64,000 nt of DNA from Fidelibacterota bacterium. Lineage in GTDB: Bacteria; Fidelibacterota; Marinisomatia; SCGC-AAA003-L08; GCA-2689995. The stretch spans positions 18,506-82,505 of the forward strand of contig JACNKR010000025.1 in assembly GCA_014381925.1 (NCBI GenBank), read 5' to 3'. Of the stretch, positions 50,594-60,905 are shown in pieces (the stretch's first letter is position 1; each line of letters begins with the position of its first letter). Under the pieces are notes generated by a model, which saw only the letters and a list, made by a program, of their open reading frames with translations, did not search any database and was not told the origin of the DNA. The translations under genes were made by a program, and so were the position numbers.

Positions 50594-50929
50594 TTAAATT
50601 TCTTTTAATATAGATTTAATAATAATATATTTTTGCTCACAAAATTCATGGACACCACATTGATTAATCCATTCTTTATATTTTCGTCTTTCAATATCAT
50701 CATCCTGACGAAGTAAAATGAGTTCTCTATTTTTGAAAATAAATCCAATTTTAAGTACTTTAAGAATTTCAATCATTAAATATTTTGAACGAGTTTGCAT
50801 ATTACGATTAAAGAATTTTGATATTGTTGATTTATGTCTTTTTACAAGGTCTGCTAACTCTTTACGGCAAATTCCCTGTTCAAGCATTTTCTCCTCTATG
50901 ACAGTAATTATATCTTGGTCTTTATTCAT
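50594..50929 (-). CDS. XRE/Cro-family HTH regulator
   Basis: QGICRKELADLVKRHKSTISKFFN. Confidence 0.75.
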   Translation of the reverse strand: MNKDQDIITVIEEKMLEQGICRKELADLVKRHKSTISKFFNRNMQTRSKYLMIEILKVLKIGFIFKNRELILLRQDDDIERRKYKEWINQCGVHEFCEQKYIIIKSILKEI

Positions 50930-50966
50930 TTTATTCCTATCTATAAATTAAAGCAAATTTTGTAAA

Positions 50967-51000
50967 TTTCAAGTTGAAAAATAGTTGAAATAAGTTGTAG
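50967..51000. promoter_or_regulatory. candidate XRE operator: perfect dyad plus phased direct repeats
   Basis: TTTCAA-G-TTGAAA (50967-50979); AGTTGAAA at 50972 and 50983, AGTTGTAG at 50993; about 40 nt upstream of the XRE ATG. Confidence 0.4.
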
Positions 51001-51206
51001 CTATTTATTAGTTTAAAATAATTAATTTCCATAATTTAAATATAATAAACGATTATGTCATATTATTATAAAGTAGAAAAATAATTTTTAAATTATTGTT
51101 ATTAGGGTGATTAATTGTAGGGGATTAAAATGTATAACAATTATTTAGAGAATTTTTTAAATTATCATAGGTGATTGTTTAAAATAAATATATAGATTTT
51201 TTTTAC

Positions 51207-51464
51207 TTACAATTCTAATTTTTCTTGATTTACGAGTTCTCTAATTGCAGGTTTTAAAAATACATTAGAAAGATCAATTTTAGAAAAAACTTGAGAGAAA
51301 CGTTTAATTTTTTGCTCAATCGGTTTATTTTTATTAAGAACGATATATTTATTTTCTTCAACAACACATGAATCACCTGAAAATGTACCTCGACCATGTA
51401 TCACTTTATATCCTAATTTTTCAGATAATATTTCAAATTCTTCAATAATTTTATTTTTCTTCAT
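51207..51464 (-). CDS. conserved hypothetical protein
   Basis: KLGYKVIHGRGTFSGDSC...IVLNKN; ATGA overlap with manC. Confidence 0.6.
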   Translation of the reverse strand: MKKNKIIEEFEILSEKLGYKVIHGRGTFSGDSCVVEENKYIVLNKNKPIEQKIKRFSQVFSKIDLSNVFLKPAIRELVNQEKLEL

Positions 51465-52531
51465 AAAAATTCATTCATTTCAGAAGCAGTTAATTGATTT
51501 ACAATTTCTTTCACTTTTTCGGCATAATTCATAGGCATAATTAATGTTGCATCATCGGTATTTACCACAGCAATATTATCAATTCCAATAACGGCTGTTA
51601 ACCTATCCTGGCTATAAATAATTGAGTTTTTTGATTCAACAGAAAGAACATTACCTTGAAGTATCATTCCATTTTTATCCTTTGATAATACATCATAAAC
51701 CGATTTCCATGTGCCCATATCATTCCAACTAAAATCAGCTTTTAAAGTAAATACATTTTTTGCTTTTTCCATAATACCATAATCTATACTTTCAGGTTGA
51801 ATAATTTCCCATTCTCTATCTAAAATTATATCATATTTCCCAGACTCAAATGAGTCAAATATTACATCAAGAGATTCATGTAACTCGGGCATATATGTTT
51901 TCATTTCTAATAGTATTATTTCCGCTTTCCAAATAAACATACCTGAATTCCATAAAAACTCACCACTTTCTAAAAACCGTTCTGCACTCTTTAATGGTGG
52001 CTTTTCTGCAAAAGTTTTTACTTTATAAATATTTGAATTATCTGTGTGTGAATTACCAAATTGAATATACCCATATCCCGTTGCAGGATAAGTTGGATTT
52101 ATTCCCATAGTGATTAAAGCAGAATGTTTTTGAGCAAAATGGATTCCTTCGGTAACAATTTCACAGAATTTATCATTTTCAACAATTAAATGGTCAGCAG
52201 GGTAAATACACATGACTGCATTTTTATTTCTTTGATAAACATGTATGGCTGCTAATCCAATCGCTGGAGCTGTATTTCTTCCACTTGGTTCAATAATAAA
52301 ATTATTATTGGGTATTTCTGGTAATTCAATTTTCATTTTATTACATAAGTTTTCGGAAGCTACTATTAGAATTTGAGATGGTGTAGTGAGTTTTTTTAAT
52401 CGATTAACCGTCAGGCGAATCATCGACTCATTACCAAATATTTTTAATAATTGTTTGGGATTATCTTTTCGACTTCTTGGCCAAAATCGAGAACCAAACC
52501 CACCTGCTAATATTACATGATAGTCATTCAT
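51461..52531 (-). CDS. manC: mannose-1-phosphate guanylyltransferase
   Basis: LAGGFGSRFWPRSR-x3-PKQ, EPSGRNTAPA, PADH, TGYGYI, FAEKP, WNSGMF, SIDYGIME, WNDMG. Confidence 0.93.
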   Translation of the reverse strand: MNDYHVILAGGFGSRFWPRSRKDNPKQLLKIFGNESMIRLTVNRLKKLTTPSQILIVASENLCNKMKIELPEIPNNNFIIEPSGRNTAPAIGLAAIHVYQRNKNAVMCIYPADHLIVENDKFCEIVTEGIHFAQKHSALITMGINPTYPATGYGYIQFGNSHTDNSNIYKVKTFAEKPPLKSAERFLESGEFLWNSGMFIWKAEIILLEMKTYMPELHESLDVIFDSFESGKYDIILDREWEIIQPESIDYGIMEKAKNVFTLKADFSWNDMGTWKSVYDVLSKDKNGMILQGNVLSVESKNSIIYSQDRLTAVIGIDNIAVVNTDDATLIMPMNYAEKVKEIVNQLTASEMNEFL

Positions 52532-52535
52532 TATA

Positions 52536-54095
52536 TTAAAACCTTATATTTATACCTTCAATTTCCCATCTGCCTCGAATATCAATTTTTTCAGGGTAGA
52601 TTGTAAATTTACCAGCTCTTTTATATGGACTAATTGTTCCAGAAAAATAAATTGAATCATTAATTTCATTTAAAATTTCAAATGCTCTAAGATTATATGC
52701 ACCTGGAATTAATTCTAAAAATTGAAATTCACTATTTACAACCTTTGTGTAATTTACAGTTTTTTCCTGTATGTTTATTGCTTCAATCATTACATTGTTT
52801 GTGAAATTGATAATTTTACCTGATAATTGTCCATAATTAATATTAGTTTTATTAATGTCTTCAATAGGTCTTATAATTGAAAAAGTAGTTAGCGAATCAG
52901 GGAAATGATTATTATCCTTATCCATAATGATATTTTTAGGTAGAAAAATATGTTCAATATAATCTGGCAGAATTGATGTTTCAATTGAAAATGGATTTAC
53001 TACATTTAAATGAATTTCTATTTGGTTAGAATCAGAATTAAGGTAGAAAGCACTAGAATTTATTTTAGATATATAATTAATTGAAATAGGTTCATTAAAT
53101 TCTATTACATATTTATTATTTTGAATACTGTGATTTTCTACTTTCGGTGCAATTGTATCAATTAATGTTTGATTTGAAATGAAAAATGGGGGAGTATAAT
53201 ATTGAGTTAATCTATTACTCCGTTGGCTAATGATTTTTAATGAGTCTTTTACATAATTGGAAATAATTAAATTTTTTGGGTAAGAAATTTTATCGATTAA
53301 TGAAAAGTAAAAAAGTTCTTCATTACCGTTTGAATAAATTAATTTACCATATTGATTACCTAATAATTGTGCTGATTGAATCTTTAATTTTGGTAGTGGA
53401 TTATCAATATATATTGTTGTTTTTATTGAATCAATATCATTTTTAATTTCTAAATAATCATTTGGTAGCAACCCATAATTTGAAAATTTAATTTCTTCAG
53501 AAATATTAATTATTTCATTTGATGAGGCAAAAATAAAATATTTATTTAAATTTAGAAAATTAAAGATAAATTCACCATGTTGATTTGATTGAGTTTTTAA
53601 TATAGGAACTAAAGTGTCTTGAGGTGGATATTCAAATAAGCCAATATCAAAAATTTGATTCAGGTCAGTATTTATTAATTTACCCGAAATTACACCTTTA
53701 CCAAGGGCTGATGATGTCGAAAAAATAATATTTATTGGTGAAGCCATTATATTATCTTGAAAGTCTCTTATATTTCTATTAATAATAATTCGTGTTGGAA
53801 GATGTTTATTCCATTCATTTTTAGGAATAATAAATAAATTATTTTTTCGTATTATCGTTTTGAATTCGGTTTCAGGTATAATTTGAATAGAGGCATGAAT
53901 TGAGTTTGGATCAATCGGTTCAGAAAAAGTAATTTGTATTTGTTTATTTGAGGGTATATTAATTGAACCTGTATGTGGTAACGAAGTGATTAATGACGGT
54001 CCTTGTTTATCTTCAGGCCCTCCGGTTGCTGGTCCGATAGCAGCACAACTTAAAAGAAAAAGCATTAATCCTATAAAATAAATAAAAAATTTCAC
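52536..54095 (-). CDS. Ig-like domain lipoprotein
   Basis: Lipobox LLSC, CAAIGPATGGPED, ITFSEPID, IEFNEPI. Confidence 0.7.
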   Translation of the reverse strand: MKFFIYFIGLMLFLLSCAAIGPATGGPEDKQGPSLITSLPHTGSINIPSNKQIQITFSEPIDPNSIHASIQIIPETEFKTIIRKNNLFIIPKNEWNKHLPTRIIINRNIRDFQDNIMASPINIIFSTSSALGKGVISGKLINTDLNQIFDIGLFEYPPQDTLVPILKTQSNQHGEFIFNFLNLNKYFIFASSNEIINISEEIKFSNYGLLPNDYLEIKNDIDSIKTTIYIDNPLPKLKIQSAQLLGNQYGKLIYSNGNEELFYFSLIDKISYPKNLIISNYVKDSLKIISQRSNRLTQYYTPPFFISNQTLIDTIAPKVENHSIQNNKYVIEFNEPISINYISKINSSAFYLNSDSNQIEIHLNVVNPFSIETSILPDYIEHIFLPKNIIMDKDNNHFPDSLTTFSIIRPIEDINKTNINYGQLSGKIINFTNNVMIEAINIQEKTVNYTKVVNSEFQFLELIPGAYNLRAFEILNEINDSIYFSGTISPYKRAGKFTIYPEKIDIRGRWEIEGINIRF

Positions 54096-54126
54096 ATTAA
54101 TGCTTCTAAAAAAAGATTATCTATTA

Positions 54127-57100
54127 TTAATAAGAATAAGTAGAAATAGAATTAATTTTCATATTTTTGCTAAATTCAATTTTTATTTGACCATTGAATG
54201 GAATATTGAATGGTGAATATGCATTTATTGAGTTATTATTAATAATAAATATCCAGTTTTCAGGTAGGTTATGATTTGAAATATGAATATTTTGATCTAT
54301 TAAAATTTCAAATCGATGTATTGAATCTGCACTAAATTGGATTATGTTCGATTCATAATTCGGAGAAATATTAATTGAAACAGCATTTTCAGTAGGACAA
54401 ACTAAACCATTTTGAATATAATAAACTAAACAGCTTAAATCGGAAACATTTACATTGTCATCAAAATTCATATCACTTGCCCATATTTCATAGTCTGATG
54501 GGTTTGATATTGAGTTGTTATTAATATTTTGATCACATACATCAAATTGACTACATGCAATTGATTGAGCCATGGAAATATCTAAAATATCAATTAGTGT
54601 TGAATCACTTAATGGGTCATTAAGATTATTTTCTCCATTTAAAAATATATCTTGATAAGTTACATTCCCAAGTAATCCATAAGAAGTCATTTCAATATCA
54701 GATAATATTGATTCATTTCCATGAATATCATATGCACCAATTTGGTATTGTAATAATTCCCCAAAGTTAAATCCGCCAATTTCAGTATAATTATTATCAA
54801 TATATGAATGCGTTGATGGATTAACTACATTATAATTATTTCTGTAAATCGAGTAATGGCTAAAGTCGTTTTCAAAAACTGGATTCCAATTTAATAATAT
54901 ATTATCATTACCAAGTTCTAATGAAAGCCCTGTAGGTGTAGAGGGAGCAATATTATCTATAGAGTAACCATATTCAGGAAAATTACTAAATGCAGATGAG
55001 TCAATATAACCTCTATAATAAACTTTAAAATCATGATAGTTTGGATTATTTGGTACAGAATCTTCTAAAGTTGGTGAAATGAAAAAGTAACTTTGTTCAC
55101 CTGTTCCAGGGAATGAACCTACATGAGTCCAACTACTTTCTTGAAATTTTCGATATACTTGATATAATGAATCAACAGTACCATTATCCGAATATGATCG
55201 CTGAACTGTTAATTTTACATACCCACCTTGATCTCCTGGCATATCATCAATTCTTCTAATTACTGGCAGCTCACCAATTTGTGGATTAGTTTGATCACAT
55301 GAAATATTTGAATTTTGTGCAATTGTTGTTGTTAATTCCCCTTGTTTAGCTTCAATGAAATAACAATGGTCTTCTAAATAATCAAGCCCAACATCATTGA
55401 ATTGTGTATTCGTTGTTATAACTAATGGTGTAAAACATTCTCCAAGCCAATATCCTGAATTTGCAATACAGGTTTCTTCAGAATTATAAATTATATTATC
55501 TCGATAAATGGTATATTCAACTTCAAATGGCTCCATACAATCACCCCAAACCCCATCATTTATTTCTGAATAAAATTCACCATCACTACAAGATAAATAA
55601 CTAATTGGAACATTTGTACAATCAGGTATATCATTATTAGGGTTTTCATCACAGTAATTTTCATAATTATCCCAATCACAAATTCCATTACCACAGGAAT
55701 AACAATCTAAATTACAATTTTGCCAACTTTCATTTTCATATTCATGAGGAGCACCATCGGTATAACCACATTCTAAAATATTATCTACAAGTTCACAATA
55801 ACTTTCGTCTTGACATATTTCATCGCCACAAAATTGAGGTGGGATACAATCTCCAATAAATCCGACTCCAAGAAAATATTCAGTTAATCCTGTTCCACAA
55901 GCAGTTGGGTAACCATCATTACCTGACATAGAATCATCACCTGGTTCTTCAAATGGTTCTTGACAAATTCCATCTCCACAGGATATAATTGAAGAAAGGC
56001 CAAAACCAACTTGCCAAACGGAAGTATTAAAGCGTGTAGTTAAATTTTCATAATTTTCAGTGAAAACGACCAGGGTGTCACTTTCTGTTTGTATAGTCAA
56101 TGTATGAGTTACAAAAAGTTCTTTTCCCGCTAATGCAACTGGATCATAAGTTGCATCCATTCTAAATAATGTTGTTCCAGCTTGAAGAATTTCTTGGTTG
56201 ATAAAGTCACCTGAAAAAGATTGCAAATTCGCACTCCCATCCATTTGGGTATATGCTGAAAAATCAAAATCTTCATCATCTAAAATCCCTCCAGCAGGTT
56301 GCCCAAATTGAACACAAGTATTTCCACTACAATCAGTTGTATTTGTTGCTAAGTCATTTATATTTGGAAAATCTTGAAAAACACTTAGAGTATCATATAT
56401 ATCTAAAATATCCAAATTAAATCGAGCACTATATACATCAGAATCAGCTTGTAAATTAATATAAAAACTGACAGTTCCTTGACCATCATCTACAATTTGA
56501 TCTATTGAGAGTTTTGAATTTAATGTGGTTTCATTTCTTGAATAATTTGAATTACTAGGGTTATCACTCACCGTTTGATTTCCATCACCCCAATCGCAGT
56601 CATAAATATAGGGGTCACATAAATTAACAGGGTCCCAGCTAAGTCCAATTTGTAAATTTGTTGCCTGAGCTAATAAGTTTGTAGGTCCTTCAAAATAAGG
56701 GAAGCATGCAGAATTATTTCCTCCACAAATTCCACATTGGTCAATTCCACTTCCTGCACCTAAATAACTTAAACATTCTTGCCCCATTTCATTAAATCCT
56801 AAACCATTATCACAGCTTGAAAGTGATTCGGGGTCAGTAGGGGAACACGTATTATAACAATCCTGAGAACCATTAAATGAGTTTAATGTATTTCCTCCTG
56901 TACATACACCACAGTCATCTTTTTCGGCTTCACCACTACAAGTTCCACTACAATCAATTATATAGCCAGAAGAAGTCGGCCCTTCAGTCCAGCAAGTATC
57001 CTCACCATTACCACATTGACAAATTCCGGGGTAATATGGATCTTCAACATAATTACATTCGTTTGGTCCATTACACACTCCACAAAAATCAAATGAATTT

Positions 57101-58047
57101 GATAAACAATATGAACTATCATCTTCATCTGTACATTCTGTGACAAAGTTAGATATTGGCTGGCAAGAAGAAATTAATATTTCAGGATTACCATACCCAT
57201 CACCATCTAAATCTTGACACCAATTTTGTTCAACGCAATTTGTAGTAGAGCAAGCAATATTTGAAATTTCATTTACATTAGAATTATTTTCTGTTGCGAC
57301 TACTTCAAAACAATATGTTGTTATCGGAATAAGATTTTGAATAATTGAATTATTTGATGAAGTTTGTGCAATTAATTGAGGATTATTTTCAAAATAAATT
57401 GAATATGTAATATCTAATTCGCATTCTTGAGGGCAAATACTATAATTTTCATTAATGGTGCACACACCATCTCCACATACATCTGGAGCGATCCCAGTGC
57501 CAACTTCCCAGATTACATTTTTCCATTTATATGACAGGTGTTCAATATTATTATCAATAAAATTTGATTCAGAATAATTGATGAAAAATTGAGATTCATC
57601 GCCATGGTCAGGGTCATAATTACCTGTTAATTGGAAAAGTATTCCAAAATTTGTAGGAATATTTTGTCCTGTATTATTACCACTAATTGTAAAGTCACCA
57701 AGATTTCCTTCTTCATGTGTAATAATAAACCCAATATTATCTAAGGAATTACTTGTTAATTCAACTTCCGAAATATAAATATCTGATTCTAACGATAAAT
57801 TAAAGGATGAAATGGTTGCATCATTGTCAAGATAAAATTCCATCTCAATAGTCCCATTTCCATTATCTTCAATACTTGAAATATAAATAATATTACTAAA
57901 ATATGAGTCCGCGGGGTCCCAAATATTCCAATTTAGCTGAATACTACTATGGTCAATTGTTTCTGTTTCTAAATTTACAGGCGTGTCCTGAGCAATTAGG
58001 AATTTTGAAATTCCGATTAAAATTATAATATATTTAATAATTTTCAT
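54127..58047 (-). CDS. giant secreted Cys-rich multidomain protein (FnIII-like, cohesin-like, dockerin-like)
   Basis: Signal peptide from ATG 58047; CGDG-x-C and D-x-CG-x-C repeats, DLDGDGYG motif, DMPGDQGG...GYSIDNIAP module, SDMNFDDNVNVSD. Confidence 0.65.
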   Translation of the reverse strand: MKIIKYIIILIGISKFLIAQDTPVNLETETIDHSSIQLNWNIWDPADSYFSNIIYISSIEDNGNGTIEMEFYLDNDATISSFNLSLESDIYISEVELTSNSLDNIGFIITHEEGNLGDFTISGNNTGQNIPTNFGILFQLTGNYDPDHGDESQFFINYSESNFIDNNIEHLSYKWKNVIWEVGTGIAPDVCGDGVCTINENYSICPQECELDITYSIYFENNPQLIAQTSSNNSIIQNLIPITTYCFEVVATENNSNVNEISNIACSTTNCVEQNWCQDLDGDGYGNPEILISSCQPISNFVTECTDEDDSSYCLSNSFDFCGVCNGPNECNYVEDPYYPGICQCGNGEDTCWTEGPTSSGYIIDCSGTCSGEAEKDDCGVCTGGNTLNSFNGSQDCYNTCSPTDPESLSSCDNGLGFNEMGQECLSYLGAGSGIDQCGICGGNNSACFPYFEGPTNLLAQATNLQIGLSWDPVNLCDPYIYDCDWGDGNQTVSDNPSNSNYSRNETTLNSKLSIDQIVDDGQGTVSFYINLQADSDVYSARFNLDILDIYDTLSVFQDFPNINDLATNTTDCSGNTCVQFGQPAGGILDDEDFDFSAYTQMDGSANLQSFSGDFINQEILQAGTTLFRMDATYDPVALAGKELFVTHTLTIQTESDTLVVFTENYENLTTRFNTSVWQVGFGLSSIISCGDGICQEPFEEPGDDSMSGNDGYPTACGTGLTEYFLGVGFIGDCIPPQFCGDEICQDESYCELVDNILECGYTDGAPHEYENESWQNCNLDCYSCGNGICDWDNYENYCDENPNNDIPDCTNVPISYLSCSDGEFYSEINDGVWGDCMEPFEVEYTIYRDNIIYNSEETCIANSGYWLGECFTPLVITTNTQFNDVGLDYLEDHCYFIEAKQGELTTTIAQNSNISCDQTNPQIGELPVIRRIDDMPGDQGGYVKLTVQRSYSDNGTVDSLYQVYRKFQESSWTHVGSFPGTGEQSYFFISPTLEDSVPNNPNYHDFKVYYRGYIDSSAFSNFPEYGYSIDNIAPSTPTGLSLELGNDNILLNWNPVFENDFSHYSIYRNNYNVVNPSTHSYIDNNYTEIGGFNFGELLQYQIGAYDIHGNESILSDIEMTSYGLLGNVTYQDIFLNGENNLNDPLSDSTLIDILDISMAQSIACSQFDVCDQNINNNSISNPSDYEIWASDMNFDDNVNVSDLSCLVYYIQNGLVCPTENAVSINISPNYESNIIQFSADSIHRFEILIDQNIHISNHNLPENWIFIINNNSINAYSPFNIPFNGQIKIEFSKNMKINSISTYSY

Positions 58048-58303
58048 TATATTAATTATCCAATTTGTTAAACAAAGTATTCGTGTACCTATCAAAAGAG
58101 GCAACTTACCAAGATAAATAATTTAAAAAGAAATGAATCAAAAAAATTGAATTAATTAAGTATTTAAAACATTATTATTTATTTGTTGGTTTCATAACAA
58201 TTTGTTTTTTTTGAAGAAACATTTTATTATAATTTTATCTTATTGAATATTATTAATGGTAGATAATATGTTTAAATTTTTTATAAATAAATAAATGTAA
58301 GTT

Positions 58304-58849
58304 ATGAATTTTAAAAATCACTTTCTTATTTCTATGCCTCATTTAGTTGATTCTTTTTTTAATAAAAGTATAATTTTTATTTGTGAACATAATGATGAAG
58401 GAGCAATGGGGGTAATAATAAATAAAAAATTGTCAAAAAAGAAAAAATCTTTAATATTAAACGAAACAGGATTAGATAAATTAAAACCAAATCCTGGAAT
58501 ATATTTTGGTGGTCCTGTTCAAATGAATAGAGGTTTAATTTTACATAGTTGTGATTATATGAATGGTGATTCTCAAATTGTGACGAAAAATATATCAATT
58601 ACTTCAAATGAAGAAATAATAAAAGATTTATCAAACGGAAAAGGTCCTGATAAATATAGATTAACATTTGGATATGCAGGTTGGGATAATAACCAATTAG
58701 AAAGGGAATTCGAAAATGGGGATTGGCTTTTATTACCTGCAAATATTGGGTTTATATTTGATACAGATGATAATAAAAAATGGAACGAAGCCACAAGTTC
58801 ATTTGGAATTGATATTTTAAATATTACAGGTAACACGGGAATTTCTTAA
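58304..58849 (+). CDS. YqgE/AlgH family protein
   Basis: FLISMP, ICEHNDEGAMGVIINK, GGPV, GYAGW-x3-QLERE. Confidence 0.92.
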   Translation: MNFKNHFLISMPHLVDSFFNKSIIFICEHNDEGAMGVIINKKLSKKKKSLILNETGLDKLKPNPGIYFGGPVQMNRGLILHSCDYMNGDSQIVTKNISITSNEEIIKDLSNGKGPDKYRLTFGYAGWDNNQLEREFENGDWLLLPANIGFIFDTDDNKKWNEATSSFGIDILNITGNTGIS

Positions 58850-58855
58850 CATAAA

Positions 58856-60214
58856 ATGAATTTAAGTATTTTTGATTTATTTAAAATTGGGGTAGGACCG
58901 TCAAGTTCACATACGATGGGTCCAATGACAGCAAGCTATAATTTTATGGATTATTGCAATGAGAATGAATTAGTAGAACAAAATAATAACATACAAGTGA
59001 AATTACATGGCTCATTAGCTTGGACAGGAAAAGGCCATGGAACGGTTAGGGCAATTATTTTAGGTCTATCTGGGTTTACTCCTCAATCAATTTCACATAA
59101 TGATATGGATAACATAAATAATCAAGTTCATAAAAAAAATTCTGTTGAGTTTAATAATAATAAAATTAATTTTAATCCAATTTCAGATATCATTTTTGAA
59201 TATGATAAATTATTTGATTTTCACTCAAATGCGATAGAATTTTCAATTTTTTCAGATAAAAAATTAATTTTAAGTAAGGTTTATTATTCAATTGGTGGAG
59301 GATTTGTTATAGCCGATGATGAGTTAAGTAATAATAGTTCTATTGATTATATTGTTAATTATGAATTTAAATCAGGTAAAGATTTATTATCTATTTCTGA
59401 AAATGAAAAAATATCTATTCCAGAACTAATATATGAAAATGAAAATTCAATTTCGCCCAATTTAAATATTTCAAAAGAGTTATTGAGAATTTGGGAAACG
59501 ATGGATGAGTGTATTATAAGAGGAATAAATTCAAATACAAATTTACCCGGTAAATTAAAAGTAACTCGAAGAGCACCCCAATTATATAAATTATTATTAA
59601 AAGAAGAAAAAAATAATCCTTTAAATATCATGGATTGGGTTAATGTGTGGGCGATTGCAGTTAATGAAGAAAATGCTCGAGGTGGAAAAATTGTAACTGC
59701 ACCAACTAATGGTGCCGCTGGTATTATTCCTGCAGTTATAAAATATTATACTAAATTTATTAATAGAAATAATCAATTGGGAATTGAAAACTTTTTATTA
59801 ACTGCTGGTGCAATAGGATTATTATACAAATCAAATGCATCTATTTCGGGTGCAGAGGTTGGATGCCAAGGAGAAGTAGGGGTGGCATGCTCAATGGCTG
59901 CAGCTGGATTAGTTTCAGCGATGGGTGGTTCAAGCCGTCAAATAGAAAATGCCGCAGAAATTGGAATGGAGCATAATTTAGGTTTAACTTGTGACCCTAT
60001 TGGTGGATTAGTTCAAATTCCTTGTATTGAAAGAAATGCGATGGGGGCAGTAAAAGCAATTAATGCGGCAAGAATGGCATTAAAAGGAACAGGAGAGCAT
60101 TTAGTTTCGTTGGATCAAGTAATTAAAACAATGTTTGAAACTGGAAAAGATATGCAATCAAAATACAAAGAAACCTCACTTGGAGGACTTGCTGTTAATG
60201 TTGTTGAATGCTAA
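58856..60214 (+). CDS. sdaA: L-serine ammonia-lyase (Fe-S, single chain)
   Basis: FKIGVGPSSSHTMGP, YSIGGG, VTAPTNGAAG, GCQGEVG, LTCDP, PCIERN. Confidence 0.95.
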   Translation: MNLSIFDLFKIGVGPSSSHTMGPMTASYNFMDYCNENELVEQNNNIQVKLHGSLAWTGKGHGTVRAIILGLSGFTPQSISHNDMDNINNQVHKKNSVEFNNNKINFNPISDIIFEYDKLFDFHSNAIEFSIFSDKKLILSKVYYSIGGGFVIADDELSNNSSIDYIVNYEFKSGKDLLSISENEKISIPELIYENENSISPNLNISKELLRIWETMDECIIRGINSNTNLPGKLKVTRRAPQLYKLLLKEEKNNPLNIMDWVNVWAIAVNEENARGGKIVTAPTNGAAGIIPAVIKYYTKFINRNNQLGIENFLLTAGAIGLLYKSNASISGAEVGCQGEVGVACSMAAAGLVSAMGGSSRQIENAAEIGMEHNLGLTCDPIGGLVQIPCIERNAMGAVKAINAARMALKGTGEHLVSLDQVIKTMFETGKDMQSKYKETSLGGLAVNVVEC

Positions 60215-60892
60215 TTAAATTAGACCTTGTTCAACAAATGAAGTGTGGTGATTTCCTGCAATTATAATATGATCATGAACAGTTACATCGATTGATTTAC
60301 ATGCATCAATTAATTTTTTTGTAATTTTCTGATCTTCTTTTGATGGATTTGGATTTCCAGAAGGGTGATTATGTACCAAAATTATTGACGCCGCATCTTT
60401 TTGTAAAATACCTTTAATAACTTCCCTTGAATAAACAGCACTTGAAGTTAATGAGCCTTCAAATAATTGCTCGATTTCTAAAATTTGATTTCTACCATTT
60501 AAATAAATTATAAGAAATGCTTCTCTATTTCTATCTCTTAAATTATATGTTAAATATTGAATAACATCATTTGATGAGCGAATAAAATTCTCTTCAATTA
60601 CATTTTCTTTTAAATACCTATCAGCTACAGCGTGAACAAATTTTAATCCAAAAATATTGGATGGACCAATTCCTTGAATATTAAGTAAATCAGCATTTGA
60701 TGCACTTAAAACCCCTTTTAAGGATTTAAATTGTTTAATTAATCGTTTAGCAGTATTCTTTTGATCTCTTCGATTATCAGAAAGCTTTAGTAATAATTCT
60801 ATTACTTCATAATCAAGAAACCCTTTTAGACCATTTTGAACAAATCGTTTTCGCATGTTTGCATAATGACCTGTTGTTGATTGGATTGACAT
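60215..60892 (-). CDS. radC: RadC/JAB domain protein
   Basis: GH-x3-RKRF, HhH IQGIG, JAB HNHPSG-x3-PS-x-ED, HDHIII. Confidence 0.9.
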   Translation of the reverse strand: MSIQSTTGHYANMRKRFVQNGLKGFLDYEVIELLLKLSDNRRDQKNTAKRLIKQFKSLKGVLSASNADLLNIQGIGPSNIFGLKFVHAVADRYLKENVIEENFIRSSNDVIQYLTYNLRDRNREAFLIIYLNGRNQILEIEQLFEGSLTSSAVYSREVIKGILQKDAASIILVHNHPSGNPNPSKEDQKITKKLIDACKSIDVTVHDHIIIAGNHHTSFVEQGLI

Positions 60893-60905
60893 TGTGAGAC
60901 CTCAT

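Larger units (their letters stand above)
39317..50929 (-). other. accessory/defence island: one co-oriented, translationally coupled gene run led by an XRE regulator
   Basis: 13 minus-strand genes with gaps of about 12 nt or less or ATGA overlaps; McrBC-like core; no integrase, tRNA or att repeats seen. Confidence 0.65.

Noticed and set aside
48156-50929. Prophage remnant
   Set aside because: Small phage-like ORFs and an XRE are present, but no integrase, terminase, structural or replication genes and no att repeats.
49328-50951. Plus-strand ORFs 49328-49645, 50010-50324, 50369-50608, 50718-50951
   Set aside because: Antisense to motif-bearing minus-strand genes; no motifs of their own.
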